Source: an uncultured Bacilli bacterium
GTDB taxonomy: Bacteria > Bacillota_I > Bacilli_A > RF39 > UBA660
Assembly (NCBI GenBank): GCA_958413985.1
Contig: CATYVZ010000008.1
Coordinates: 5,842-69,841, forward strand
Direction of reading: 5' to 3'
Length of the DNA stretch: 64,000 nt
Shown: piece by piece, positions 1 to 9,720 of the stretch
Numbering within the stretch: the first letter of the stretch is position 1
How the letters are laid out: each line of letters opens with the position of its first letter
Translations under genes and position numbers: made by a program
Notes under the pieces: generated by a model
What the model was told of the DNA's origin: nothing
What the model saw: only the letters and a program-made list of their open reading frames with translations
The model's database searches: none

Positions 1-28
1 TCTAAATTATAATAAGATCCTTTACGAT

Positions 29-616
29 GTGTTTGAATGGAATAAAGATGATAAAATATCACATGTAAGAAAAATACCTGTTTTTTTGTTAAGCACTAAC
101 GATCTATATAATATGATTAATAATCGTGTAGTAATTTCTAAAGATCTTTTAACGAAATTGTATCGTAGAACTGAAGTTTTTGCTTCGCGGGGCATTCAAT
201 ATTTAGATTATTGTTTTCTTGCTACTGATAGAAATGATGTAGTCGCCTTTAAAATGAATAAAAGTGGTCTTATTACAGGTTATAGTAGACTATTATTAGA
301 AGGTGAAGTTGAAGTTATCGATTATAGTAGAACGTTATCGTTACAAACTATCGATTATAAAATTTTAGAAAAAAACAATCTTCAAAAGTTTAAAACACGT
401 AATGAGATTTATATAAAAAAGTTTATTTGTGAAGAAATATACAAAATGTTAGAAAATAAAGAATTTCATAAAGTTAAATTTTTGTATTTAGAATTTTTTA
501 ATAAAGAAGTTGATATTAATGAAATTAAAGATATCTATCAAGAATTAGAAAATAATTGGGAAAATGTTTATATTAAGTTATATGAATTTTTGAAAAAGAT
601 GACCATTAAAAGATAA
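29..616 (+). CDS. hypothetical protein (195 aa), no recognisable motif
   Basis: Intact ORF at the window edge, Lys/Glu-rich. No motif identified by eye. Confidence 0.35.
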   Translation: MFEWNKDDKISHVRKIPVFLLSTNDLYNMINNRVVISKDLLTKLYRRTEVFASRGIQYLDYCFLATDRNDVVAFKMNKSGLITGYSRLLLEGEVEVIDYSRTLSLQTIDYKILEKNNLQKFKTRNEIYIKKFICEEIYKMLENKEFHKVKFLYLEFFNKEVDINEIKDIYQELENNWENVYIKLYEFLKKMTIKR

Positions 617-668
617 AAAATAGCTTTTTTTATCTTTTTTTGTTATAATTGATAGGGAGGTAATAATT

Positions 669-1382
669 ATGGATTATCAATTTACGATCGACAAATTTTC
701 TGGTCCACTTGATTTATTACTTCACTTGATCAAACAATCAAATATTGATATATATGATATACAAATTAAAGATATTACAGATCAATATTTAGATTATATT
801 AATCGGATGGAAGAGCTTAATTTAAATATTGCAAGCTCATATTTGGTTATGGCAGCTGAGTTAATAGAAATGAAAGCCGCTATGCTTTTGCCTAAGCCTG
901 AACTTGACAATGATGAATATGAAGAAGATCCAAAAGAACGGTTAATAAAAAGGTTATTAGATTATCAAAATTATAAAGAAATAACCTCTAAATTTCATGA
1001 GTTAGAATTGGATAGACAACAATATTTTACTAGATGTTCGAATGATTTAGAAGAATTTCAGACTAGTTCTTCGCTTTCTCAAGATATCGATTTAAATGAT
1101 CTAATTAAGGCGTTTGAAAATTTCCTAAATAGAAAAGAGGAAAGCAAACCGTTAAATACTAAAGTAACGACTAAAGAGTATTCTATATCTTTAAGAAGTA
1201 AGGAAATAAAAGATATAGTTTTAAAAAATAAAAAAGTTAATTTTGTCGATTTATTCAATATTAAGACTAAGAGTTATATCGTTGTCACTTTTTTATCGAT
1301 TTTGGTTTTAGCTAAGAATAATGAAATAAGAATTATCCAAGATAATAATTTTGAGAATATATTATTGTGCGGGGTGAACTGA
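669..1382 (+). CDS. scpA: segregation and condensation protein A (ScpA kleisin)
   Basis: N-terminal FSGPLDLLLHLI motif is typical of ScpA. RBS GGGAGG upstream. Overlaps scpB in the classic arrangement. Confidence 0.85.
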   Translation: MDYQFTIDKFSGPLDLLLHLIKQSNIDIYDIQIKDITDQYLDYINRMEELNLNIASSYLVMAAELIEMKAAMLLPKPELDNDEYEEDPKERLIKRLLDYQNYKEITSKFHELELDRQQYFTRCSNDLEEFQTSSSLSQDIDLNDLIKAFENFLNRKEESKPLNTKVTTKEYSISLRSKEIKDIVLKNKKVNFVDLFNIKTKSYIVVTFLSILVLAKNNEIRIIQDNNFENILLCGVN

Positions 1383-1942
1383 TGAATCTAGAATCTGTTT
1401 TAGAGAGTTTATTATTTGTTGTTGGTGAGGAAGGATTAAGTTATGAAGAAATAGCGGCAATCCTTGAAGTTGAGCCAGATAAATTATCTTCTATTATTGA
1501 ACAATTAGAGCAATCATATCTTAAAGAGAATAGAGGAATTGAAGTTGCTGTGTTGGGTAACAGATTGAAGTTGATCACAAAAAAAAGTAATCGAGAATAT
1601 ATTCAAAAATTAGTTGATTTAACGGATAATGATACTTTATCTGAAGCTGCTTTGGAAACTTTGGCTATCATCGCTTATAATCAACCAGTTACTAGATTGA
1701 CTATCGATGAAATAAGAGGTGTAAGTAGTTCTCATGTGGTTAGAAAGTTGGTTTCTAAAAACCTTATTTGTGAAATAGGAAGAAGCGAAACTGCCGGTAG
1801 ACCAATATTATATGGGACAACTTCGTTATTTTTAGATTATTTTGGTTTGAAATCAATTAAAGATTTACCTAAAATAGAAGTCAATGTTGATGATAGTGAG
1901 AAGGATTTGTATAATTCTAAATATAATGAAGAAAATTTATAA
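1367..1942 (+). CDS. scpB: segregation and condensation protein B (ScpB)
   Basis: LESLLFVVGEEGLSYEEIA winged-helix N-terminus characteristic of ScpB. Lies immediately downstream of and overlapping scpA. Confidence 0.85.
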   Translation: MRGELMNLESVLESLLFVVGEEGLSYEEIAAILEVEPDKLSSIIEQLEQSYLKENRGIEVAVLGNRLKLITKKSNREYIQKLVDLTDNDTLSEAALETLAIIAYNQPVTRLTIDEIRGVSSSHVVRKLVSKNLICEIGRSETAGRPILYGTTSLFLDYFGLKSIKDLPKIEVNVDDSEKDLYNSKYNEENL

Positions 1943-1987
1943 AATATATTTAAAAAAATAAGATTATATGATATAATCTTATTACTT

Positions 1988-2073
1988 GCTTGTGTGGCGG
2001 AATTGGTAGACGCGCACGACTCAAAATCGTGTGGCTTATGGTCATGTGGGTTCGATTCCCACCACAAGCACCA
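1988..2073 (+). tRNA. tRNA-Leu (anticodon CAA), type II with long variable arm, encoded CCA
   Basis: Acceptor stem GCTTGTG/CACAAGC. D-arm GCGGAATTGGTAGACGC. Anticodon stem CACGA/TCGTG with loop CTCAAAA. T-arm GGTTCGATTCC. Followed by hairpin terminator. Confidence 0.85.
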
Positions 2074-2084
2074 GATTGATACCA

Positions 2085-2112
2085 AACTCGAACTTTTATG
2101 GTTCGAGTTTTA
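2085..2112 (+). terminator. rho-independent terminator of tRNA-Leu(CAA)
   Basis: CTCGAAC-ttttatg-GTTCGAG stem-loop followed by TTTT. Confidence 0.6.
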
Positions 2113-2285
2113 AAATACCAAAAAAGAGTCCGTTTTTTATATAACGTTATTAATAATCTTCAAAAAATATATTTGATTTAATTATAGAAGTTCAAAAATG
2201 GAAAGTTAATAAATAATTAAATATAGCAAATTATAAGAAAAATTGTGAGAATTGGTGTATAATAAAAGATAAACAAATTGGAGGT

Positions 2286-2702
2286 ATGCTAATGAATGAA
2301 GATAAAAGATTATATTTACAGTTAATACAAAATATTATTGATAGAATGGCTGATAATTCTTTTAAAGTAAAAGGATGGGCAATTGGAGTTATGTTAGCCA
2401 TATTTTCTTTTGCTAGTAATCAGGGGGATAAGAGATGTATTTTATTTACCGTTGTTCCATTATTTGTATTATGGTTTCTAGATACTTATTATTTGCAATT
2501 AGAAAGAAAGTACAGATTATTCTATAATATAAAAAGAAATTTGAAAAATGATGAAAACTTGTATGATATGAATTACAATAATATTAAAATTGAAATGGAG
2601 GAAACAAACAAAATTTGTTTTATAAGATGTATGTTTTCATTAACAGAAGTTTTATTTTATATAACTTGCATTGCTACAAGTGTAGTAGTTTATTTGATTT
2701 AG
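2286..2702 (+). CDS. small multi-TM protein (138 aa), candidate SLATT-like membrane effector partnered with TIR-like gene
   Basis: N-terminal amphipathic helix, two closely spaced TM helices (AIGVMLAIFSFAS; ILFTVVPLFVLWFL) and a third C-terminal hydrophobic helix. Stop is 10 nt before the next start, with an AGGAGG RBS inside the 3' end. Confidence 0.5.
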   Translation: MLMNEDKRLYLQLIQNIIDRMADNSFKVKGWAIGVMLAIFSFASNQGDKRCILFTVVPLFVLWFLDTYYLQLERKYRLFYNIKRNLKNDENLYDMNYNNIKIEMEETNKICFIRCMFSLTEVLFYITCIATSVVVYLI

Positions 2703-2712
2703 GAGGCAATAT

Positions 2713-3306
2713 ATGTCAAGGAAAGTATTTATTTCATTTAGATATAGTGATGGAAACAAGTATAAGGAACTTTTAACTGAAATATTTGATAAGAATAATG
2801 ATGTTATTAATTGTTCTGAAAATATAGATAGATCGATGATGTCGGAAGCTACAATAAAAAAATACTTATATGATAAGTTGAAAAATACCAGTGTTACTAT
2901 TGTTCTTTTAACACCGGAAGCGATTAATTATAGAAAAGATTGGTATGGAAATATTAATGATTGGATTTATGATGAAGTTAGATATTCATTAGAAGATCGT
3001 GAAAATAATAGATGTAATGGTTTAATCGCAGTATATACTCCTGAAGTTAAAGATATATTAGTAAGTAAATCTTCTAGTGGCTCAACTATTATAAATGACT
3101 TTAATAATTTAGTTAGAAAAAATATGTTTAATATTTTCTCGGCATATAAAAATAATAAAGAAGAAGGTTATTATAATGCTAATTTGGATCACTATTGTTC
3201 ATTAGTATCTTGGGATGATTTTATTGAAAATTTCAATATGTATATTGAAATTGCCGAGAAAAAGAGAGAAGAAAAATACAAGTATGATGTACATAAAAAA
3301 ATGTAA
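2713..3306 (+). CDS. TIR-like domain protein (DUF1863/ThsB-like fold)
   Basis: N-terminus KVFISFRYSDG matches the canonical TIR/DUF1863 start (VFISYSxxD). Downstream SVTIVLLTPEAINYRKDWYGNINDWIYDEVRYSLE matches the TIR alphaC/betaD region with conserved W and E. Confidence 0.55.
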   Translation: MSRKVFISFRYSDGNKYKELLTEIFDKNNDVINCSENIDRSMMSEATIKKYLYDKLKNTSVTIVLLTPEAINYRKDWYGNINDWIYDEVRYSLEDRENNRCNGLIAVYTPEVKDILVSKSSSGSTIINDFNNLVRKNMFNIFSAYKNNKEEGYYNANLDHYCSLVSWDDFIENFNMYIEIAEKKREEKYKYDVHKKM

Positions 3307-3612
3307 TAAGTAGATTTTAATTATGGTAAATTGCATATCCAAAAATGCCCAGAAACTGTCCAAAAGTGATATAAAAAGTGTTCTAATTCCTTGGACACTA
3401 TGATAAGATTGGTACTAAGTGAGAAGCAAAAATTGGCTTTTAGAGCTAATTTGAAAGCTGATTACTTATGATCACAGATTGCGGAACTTGAACTTTTTAT
3501 TTGAGATTAAAATATAAAAGATATCAGATTGATTTTTCTGATATCTTTTGTCATTTTAGAAACACACTTGCATATTGACATAATCAATAAGCGTGTGCAA
3601 TAGAAAAATTCT

Positions 3613-4152
3613 TTATTTTATTGTTGCTAATATTTCCTCTATTTTATTAAACTCATTTGTGTAAAAGGTAATTCCAAAATCATATGTTGTATAATTATCA
3701 TAATTTCCCAATTCATTTTTTTGATACCTATAAAAAGTTAAAAAAATTTTGATATTTTCAGGAGATAATGCATCAGATTGTTTGTCCTCTTTTTTACTTA
3801 ATTTTGAAACCAGTTTTCGTACTATTTTTTTTGCTTCTTCAATATTTTCCTCTCTTGTATAAATTTCTCTTTTTGTTTCAATTCGATCTATTAATATAGT
3901 AGCTGAACTAGATAAATATTGTGCTAATAGTGAATCATCAATATAAATACTATCCTCTGTTATTCCTTCAAGGCAATCTTGAACAAAATCTTTATAATCA
4001 TTAGTTTCAACAACTTTATTTTCTTCAATGTTTTCATTTTCATTCTGATTATTTACAGAAGATTTATATTCTTCTTTAGTACTATTATCACTACAACCAG
4101 TAATTAAAAATAATGCAAACATTATTATTAATATTGTACTTGACTTTTTCAT
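3613..4152 (-). CDS. lipoprotein (179 aa)
   Basis: Signal peptide with lipobox LITGC (MKKSSTILIIMFALFLITGCSD). Asn/Glu-rich mature part. Hairpin AGATATCAG..CTGATATCT downstream acts as terminator. Confidence 0.5.
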   Translation of the reverse strand: MKKSSTILIIMFALFLITGCSDNSTKEEYKSSVNNQNENENIEENKVVETNDYKDFVQDCLEGITEDSIYIDDSLLAQYLSSSATILIDRIETKREIYTREENIEEAKKIVRKLVSKLSKKEDKQSDALSPENIKIFLTFYRYQKNELGNYDNYTTYDFGITFYTNEFNKIEEILATIK

Positions 4153-4322
4153 TTAAAATATCACTCAACTATCTTAACATTTTAATTATAACATAATTTT
4201 TTAATTTTTGAAATTTAAAAAATAGAAAACTTGGACAATAAAATAGAAAACTGGACAATAAACTATGCTTTTATTTACTTATATGATATAATAAAAAACA
4301 AGACTTAAAAGTAGGTGTTAAT

Positions 4323-5054
4323 ATGAGCGAGCAAAAACAAGTTATTTATATATTTATGGATGATTCTGGTAAAATGTCACATGCCGATAAATGTTGTTCA
4401 TATGGTGGTGTATATTTTAAAAATCGTTCTGATAGGGATAATTTTAAACGACATTATATGGATATAATAAATAGTAATAAATGTAGGTTTTGTGATTATG
4501 ATAGTGATTCTTGTTCTAAAAATTGTCCAGAAATAAAATCAAATAACACTAACACAAAATTTAGAAGAAGAATTGTTAATTTAATTAGAAATAGTGAATA
4601 TGCTAACTCATTTGCTACTACTATTTATAACAGGGATATTCCACTAGAAGTTTTAAATGTAAAACATTCTCGTGGAAGAAGAACTGATTATTATCAAAAA
4701 AGAATAATAAAAGAAATTGTAAAAAAACTTATTATTGATAAAGTTATTGACCCTAATAAACATCTAACCCTAATTATTAGAATAGATGAAAGTCCACAAG
4801 CAACTAATGGAAAATACAATTTGGAAGAAAGTATAATTGAAGAATTATTATATGGAATTACAAATTATGATTATGGTTGTACTTTTCCTCCAATCTTGTT
4901 TGGGGGATTAAAAGTAGATTTAAAATATGTTGATTCTAAAATTACTCCACTAGTTCAAGCATCTGATTTTTTTGTTGGGTATGTTAACTCTACATTGTTG
5001 TGGAAACCTAAAAGAGAAATGCTAGATTTTGTAGATGTTCAATTGTTTTTTTAA
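4323..5054 (+). CDS. DUF3800-like protein (243 aa)
   Basis: N-terminal IYIFMDDSG resembles the DUF3800 signature (YIDESG). Cys-rich CxxC pairs are present. Assigned by memory of the family only. Confidence 0.35.
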   Translation: MSEQKQVIYIFMDDSGKMSHADKCCSYGGVYFKNRSDRDNFKRHYMDIINSNKCRFCDYDSDSCSKNCPEIKSNNTNTKFRRRIVNLIRNSEYANSFATTIYNRDIPLEVLNVKHSRGRRTDYYQKRIIKEIVKKLIIDKVIDPNKHLTLIIRIDESPQATNGKYNLEESIIEELLYGITNYDYGCTFPPILFGGLKVDLKYVDSKITPLVQASDFFVGYVNSTLLWKPKREMLDFVDVQLFF

Positions 5055-5508
5055 CATTAACAAATTATATAAGAAAAAAGAACTAGCTATGCTAGTTCTT
5101 TCCAATTAAGGCGACGCACCACAAGTACGCTTAAACTTTCGTTCGCAACTTAATTGTACACCAGTCGAGGTAAATCCCTCCGGTAATACAATACTATCAC
5201 AATTGAATTGAAATGTCAAATAGTATTGCATTAATATTATATGTATAAAATTAAAAATAATGTAAGTTAAAACATCTATACTTTAAGAGTATTTATAAAA
5301 TTATAAAAATATGTTATACTATAACTAGTTAATGATTATTACTTACTATTTATTTTGCCTAAAAAGTTGTTGTACTTCTTCCTTTAGGGCACCAGATTGA
5401 TTGTTACTCGAACTTTGTAAAAGTTCGAGTTTTTAAGTATAATATAAAGGAAAAAGAAAAGTTATAGTGTATAATATTATTAGGAGGCACTAAAAATTAT
5501 GGATAATA

Positions 5509-6069
5509 AATTAGCCCTTTTTGAAGAAAAAGAAATTAGAAAAACTTGGGAAGAAAATAAATGGTATTTTAGCATAGTAGATGTGGTATATGCACTTACA
5601 GATTCCAAAGATCCAAAGCAATATATAAAAAAAGTTGAAATTTAGAGATTATGAGTTGCAAAATAACTGGGGTACAATTTGTACCCTGCTTGGAATGCCA
5701 ACTAAAGATGGTAAAATGAGAAAAATACAAATGAGTGATACAGAAGGAATATTAAGAATTATTCAATCAATTCCATCTCCTAAAGCAGAACCTTTTAAAA
5801 GATGGCTTGCTAGAGTTGGTAGTGAAAGAATAGAAGAAATTAATAATCCTGAACTTGCTCTTACGAATTTAGGTGAAGCAACCGCAGTAGAATTTCACAA
5901 AAAGAATAATAGTCAAGGATTAGAAGAATTAAAAAAAGATATGAACAAGGCAGGTAAAGTATTAAATAAAGCCAAACAAGAAATTGAAAATGAATTAGAA
6001 AGACCTGTTGTCACCTCGGAAAATTATATTGAATTAACGCAAAAAGAAGAATTATTAGATATAAAATAA
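5509..6069 (+). pseudogene. Bro-N / DinD-like (phage antirepressor family) gene disrupted by frameshift at an A7 run
   Basis: The frame starting at 5509 encodes MDNKLALFEEKEIRKTWEENKWYFSIVDVVYALTDSKDPKQYIKKVEI-stop, a Bro-N N-terminus. The family C-terminus (ILRIIQSIPSPKAEPFKRWLARVGSERIEE) continues in another frame as ORF 5635..6069. The break coincides with AAAAAAA at 5628-5634. Confidence 0.5.
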
Positions 6070-6295
6070 GAAAAACATGGTATACTTGTTATAGAAATTA
6101 ACCTTAATAAAGATTTCCAGACGTCGCCTAAGACACCAGATTGATTGTTACTCGAACTTTTAGAGTTTAAGTAATAAATGCTAACTAGAAATAGTTAATT
6201 TCAGACTGTTGACAAATAGGTAAAAATAATACCTATTTGTCTTTTATTATGAAATTTTATAGATAAATACAATAATACTTAATATATTTTATATA

Positions 6296-6523
6296 TTAAG
6301 CATAATGATGTAATGAGAATTTTTTCAGATTCATACACGCAAAAAGAAGGGTTAACTCTCGGTGGACCCTTTCTTTTGTTCTAAAGTATGTATTCCTTAA
6401 TCCATACTTCATTTTCCCATCTGCAAAAACTCGCTCTATATGTTGAGGTCTTTGCCCATATATTTCTTTTACATCTAACTGATGCCTATAATCATTTACC
6501 ATTTCTTTATATCCTTCCCACAC
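6296..6523 (-). mobile_element. IS1182/IS5-type transposase C-terminal remnant (75 aa)
   Basis: ERVFADGKMKYGLRNTYFRTKERVHRELTLLFACMNLKKF matches the conserved C-terminal tail of IS1182-family DDE transposases. No upstream catalytic domain, so truncated. Inverted repeat GATTTAGGTCA..TGACCTAAATC lies at 6580-6615. Confidence 0.5.
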
Positions 6524-6816
6524 ATGTCTTAATATTTGTTTATTTTTGCTTTTTGTACATTGCTCTTTAAATGGACATTTTGAACAATTAGATTTAGGTC
6601 ATAAAAACTTGACCTAAATCCATTTTACAAAAGAGAGCTTACGAAAACTACAAGATAAGATGAGAACACTTTGTATTGAATCATTTAACAAAGAATATAA
6701 TCTAATTAACTCTTTAAAGATAAAGAAAAAAGGTAGAAATATGAAGTGATATTATAAAAGTAGACAACTACAAAAAAGGTAGAAGTCTACTTTTACTTGA
6801 CTAGTTCAAATATGGT

Positions 6817-7125
6817 CTAACATTTTTTACTATAAAGAGTTTCGATCATTTTGTTAATTGTGTCTTTATCCGATTCACACAAAGAATAATATTTAGAAAT
6901 AATATTATTTTCATCAACTAAACCTTCAACGCTTGTTCCTAATGCCTCTGCAATTTTAAAAGCAACGGGAAGTGATGGTGTTCTTGTGCTAGTTTCATAA
7001 TAAGTAATACTTTGTTGTGAAACTCCTACCATAATACTAAGTTTAACTTGTGTTATGTTTTTCTTTTCTCTTAGTTTTTGCATACTAGTAAAGTCTAATT
7101 TATCTTTCTTTGACATAAATACCAC
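6817..7125 (-). CDS. XRE-family helix-turn-helix transcriptional regulator
   Basis: ITQVKLSIMVGVSQQSITYYETSTRTPSLPVAFKIAEALGTSVEGL is a Cro/CI-type HTH. 102 aa. Confidence 0.7.
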   Translation of the reverse strand: MVFMSKKDKLDFTSMQKLREKKNITQVKLSIMVGVSQQSITYYETSTRTPSLPVAFKIAEALGTSVEGLVDENNIISKYYSLCESDKDTINKMIETLYSKKC

Positions 7126-7195
7126 CTCTAGTTTTATTATCCTTTAAATTTGGCAACAAAACTTTTACTAAAAGTGGTAATTTAGGTATGAATTT

Positions 7196-8362
7196 TTGAA
7201 GTTTTATGATATAATTATTTTTGAAAGTATGGTATTTGTGAAAAAAAAGATTATGTTAATTGGAATAGGAATAGGTTTAATTTTTGTTTCAAGTATATTA
7301 TTAAGTTTGATTATGACTGATTCTGATTTAGCAATCCGAATTTCAATGGGGATAGGTATTGCATATTTTATACTATTAACAATAATTTCATATATTAAAA
7401 ATATTTCTAAATATATTAAAACAGGAGAAATACCTAATACATCAAGTTTGGCAATATGGTCTATTGCTTTATTAGGTCATGCTAGTGGAAAAGGATTTGG
7501 AACTTCGTTAACATTATTGCGAGGTGCACAAGCTGCAACAAATGAATTTTCTAATACTAGCAAAAAATTAGGAATGGTAGTTTATACTTTAATAAATATA
7601 GCATTGTGGAGTTTTCTTTGCTTTATAAGTTACTTCTTTGTATTTGGTGAAACCAATTCATCTATTGTTACAGATATTTTACTTTACATTATAACTATAA
7701 GTTTATTTTTAGCTATTATCATAATACTTATAGTTGGAATAAAAGTTATTTCATATAAGAAAGAATCAGCAAAAGAAAGTTTATCAAGACATATGGGAGA
7801 ATTGCAAGAGAAAAATCCTTTACAATTTAGTTTTAAATCATTTATTCTTCACTATGGTATTGTTTATGTTATATTAGCAGTTTTAGGAATAATAGCAACT
7901 ATTTTTATGGTATGGTGTGTTAGTCAAGGTTTTAATGTACAAGAATTTATGACAGTAATTTTTGGAGAAACTTTAGGGTTAATTTTTGTATTCATTTGTG
8001 GCTTATTATTCTTATATGTTTTAGTAGGAATACCTGTTGTTCTGTTAGTTGTAATTCAAAATTTGCAACTTCAAACTATTATTTTTAATCCATTAGAAAT
8101 TAAGATGATTACTAAGAATGGCTATGATGGGTATGGAACTTACGAAAAAGTTGAAAAGAACTATTTTGTAAATGAGATAGAATCTTATTCAATAACTAAT
8201 AGATGGTTTATAATAAATGGGCAAATAGAATCTGTTATTCACAAAACTGTAAATAACTCAACAAAAGAAAAAAATAAGACACTAAATAAATTAAAGATTC
8301 CTCGCGTTTTCAACAACGAAAATATTTTCATAGAATATTTAGAAAAATCTTTGAAAAAATAG
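7196..8362 (+). CDS. polytopic membrane protein (388 aa), unknown function
   Basis: Eight or more hydrophobic helices. Divergent from the XRE regulator gene. Confidence 0.45.
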   Translation: MKFYDIIIFESMVFVKKKIMLIGIGIGLIFVSSILLSLIMTDSDLAIRISMGIGIAYFILLTIISYIKNISKYIKTGEIPNTSSLAIWSIALLGHASGKGFGTSLTLLRGAQAATNEFSNTSKKLGMVVYTLINIALWSFLCFISYFFVFGETNSSIVTDILLYIITISLFLAIIIILIVGIKVISYKKESAKESLSRHMGELQEKNPLQFSFKSFILHYGIVYVILAVLGIIATIFMVWCVSQGFNVQEFMTVIFGETLGLIFVFICGLLFLYVLVGIPVVLLVVIQNLQLQTIIFNPLEIKMITKNGYDGYGTYEKVEKNYFVNEIESYSITNRWFIINGQIESVIHKTVNNSTKEKNKTLNKLKIPRVFNNENIFIEYLEKSLKK

Positions 8363-8486
8363 AAAAATATAATGTATTTAGAGATCGATCCTAATTTCAA
8401 TCGTCCTTGTGTAAAAGTTGTAGATTACTACGACACTCATACCATAAAAAATTAGTCGAACTAATCGACTTTAAATAAAGAAAGGG

Positions 8487-8924
8487 TTAATTTTTGTTAA
8501 ACCTTATTTTCATGTTTTTGCTTAAAGTATAAGTGTTTTTTTCAACCTTATTTTCTTTTTGTAATTCGTTAATATTCAAATAAAAATTGACTTTAGCGTT
8601 ATCATCTAATTTTCCTTTTTCTTCTTCATATACTTTTGCCATAGAAAGTGCGATAAATTTGGCCTTTTCTTCAGGTGAAATAGGAAATGGTAATTCTAAA
8701 GAACAAAAACAAATATAAGTCATTTTACCTAGCATTTTAATATCATTTGAAATAAATTGATTATTTTCATAAATTAAACAATATTCTTTTTTAGTAAGCT
8801 CTAAATATACTATCAAATCTTGGTTTCTTTCAAACCAATCAGCAAGAGGTTGATAGTAATTAATAATTTTTTCTAAATATTCGTAATTACTAAAGTTTTT
8901 ATCTAATTTCATAAAACATCCCAT
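8487..8924 (-). CDS. hypothetical protein (145 aa)
   Basis: Intact ORF. Bidirectional hairpin AGTCGA-actaa-TCGACT at 8450-8466 lies downstream. Confidence 0.35.
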   Translation of the reverse strand: MGCFMKLDKNFSNYEYLEKIINYYQPLADWFERNQDLIVYLELTKKEYCLIYENNQFISNDIKMLGKMTYICFCSLELPFPISPEEKAKFIALSMAKVYEEEKGKLDDNAKVNFYLNINELQKENKVEKNTYTLSKNMKIRFNKN

Positions 8925-9170
8925 CCATTATCAATATTATACTATATTATTTTAAAGAAAAACAATAATTTCATAAGTTGTCTTAAGTATTAACAAAATA
9001 GAGCAATATGAAGTATTAAATTATTTAAAAAATATGAATCAAAAATCTTTAATTGTGTTTTTATTCTAAAATTAAAAATTATCTAATATAATTAACTGGA
9101 GTTATGTAAATTCATAGTTGTCAAAAAAAACATTAAATGATATAATTACATATGAAAGGAGTAGGTAGGG

Positions 9171-9599
9171 ATGTATAGATATAATCAAATTTCAAGTTCT
9201 TTTTCTGGATATGCTGTTTGGAGTATAGTCGCATTAATTTTAGCAGTTATTGGAGGAATATTAGCTTATTTTCTATTTGTTAAAGGTAATTTAAAATTAA
9301 ATGATAAACTAAAGAAATTAAAAAATCTTTTAGACTTCAAAGTTATGCTAATTGAGCCAATTTTAAAAATTCTTTACTTAATTAGTACAATTTTTGTAAT
9401 TTTAATTTCATTTAACCTTATCTCAGTTAATTTTATATCTTTCCTTTTAACTTTAATTTTAGGCCCAGTAGTTATTAGAATTGCTTATGAAGGAATGCTA
9501 ATTTTAGTTATGATTTGGAAAAACACAAAATCTATAAGCGAAAATACCTCTAATAGTAAAGCAAAAAATTCAAAAAGTTCAGAAAACGAAAAAAACTAG
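9171..9599 (+). CDS. small membrane protein (142 aa)
   Basis: Three TM helices. RBS GGAGTAGGTAGGG upstream. Confidence 0.4.
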   Translation: MYRYNQISSSFSGYAVWSIVALILAVIGGILAYFLFVKGNLKLNDKLKKLKNLLDFKVMLIEPILKILYLISTIFVILISFNLISVNFISFLLTLILGPVVIRIAYEGMLILVMIWKNTKSISENTSNSKAKNSKSSENEKN

Positions 9600-9720
9600 C
9601 AATAGTTTTTTTAATATCTAAACATTTATTGACATGACAAAGATTTTTTAATATAAAAACCACCCAACTTATTATTTTTTGTGATATACTAATATTGTTA
9701 AGTTCCAAGGAGGAAGTAAG

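Noticed and set aside
1837-2085. 82-aa minus-strand ORF
   Set aside because: Lies antisense across the tRNA-Leu(CAA) gene. The tRNA secondary structure explains the sequence, so the ORF is spurious.
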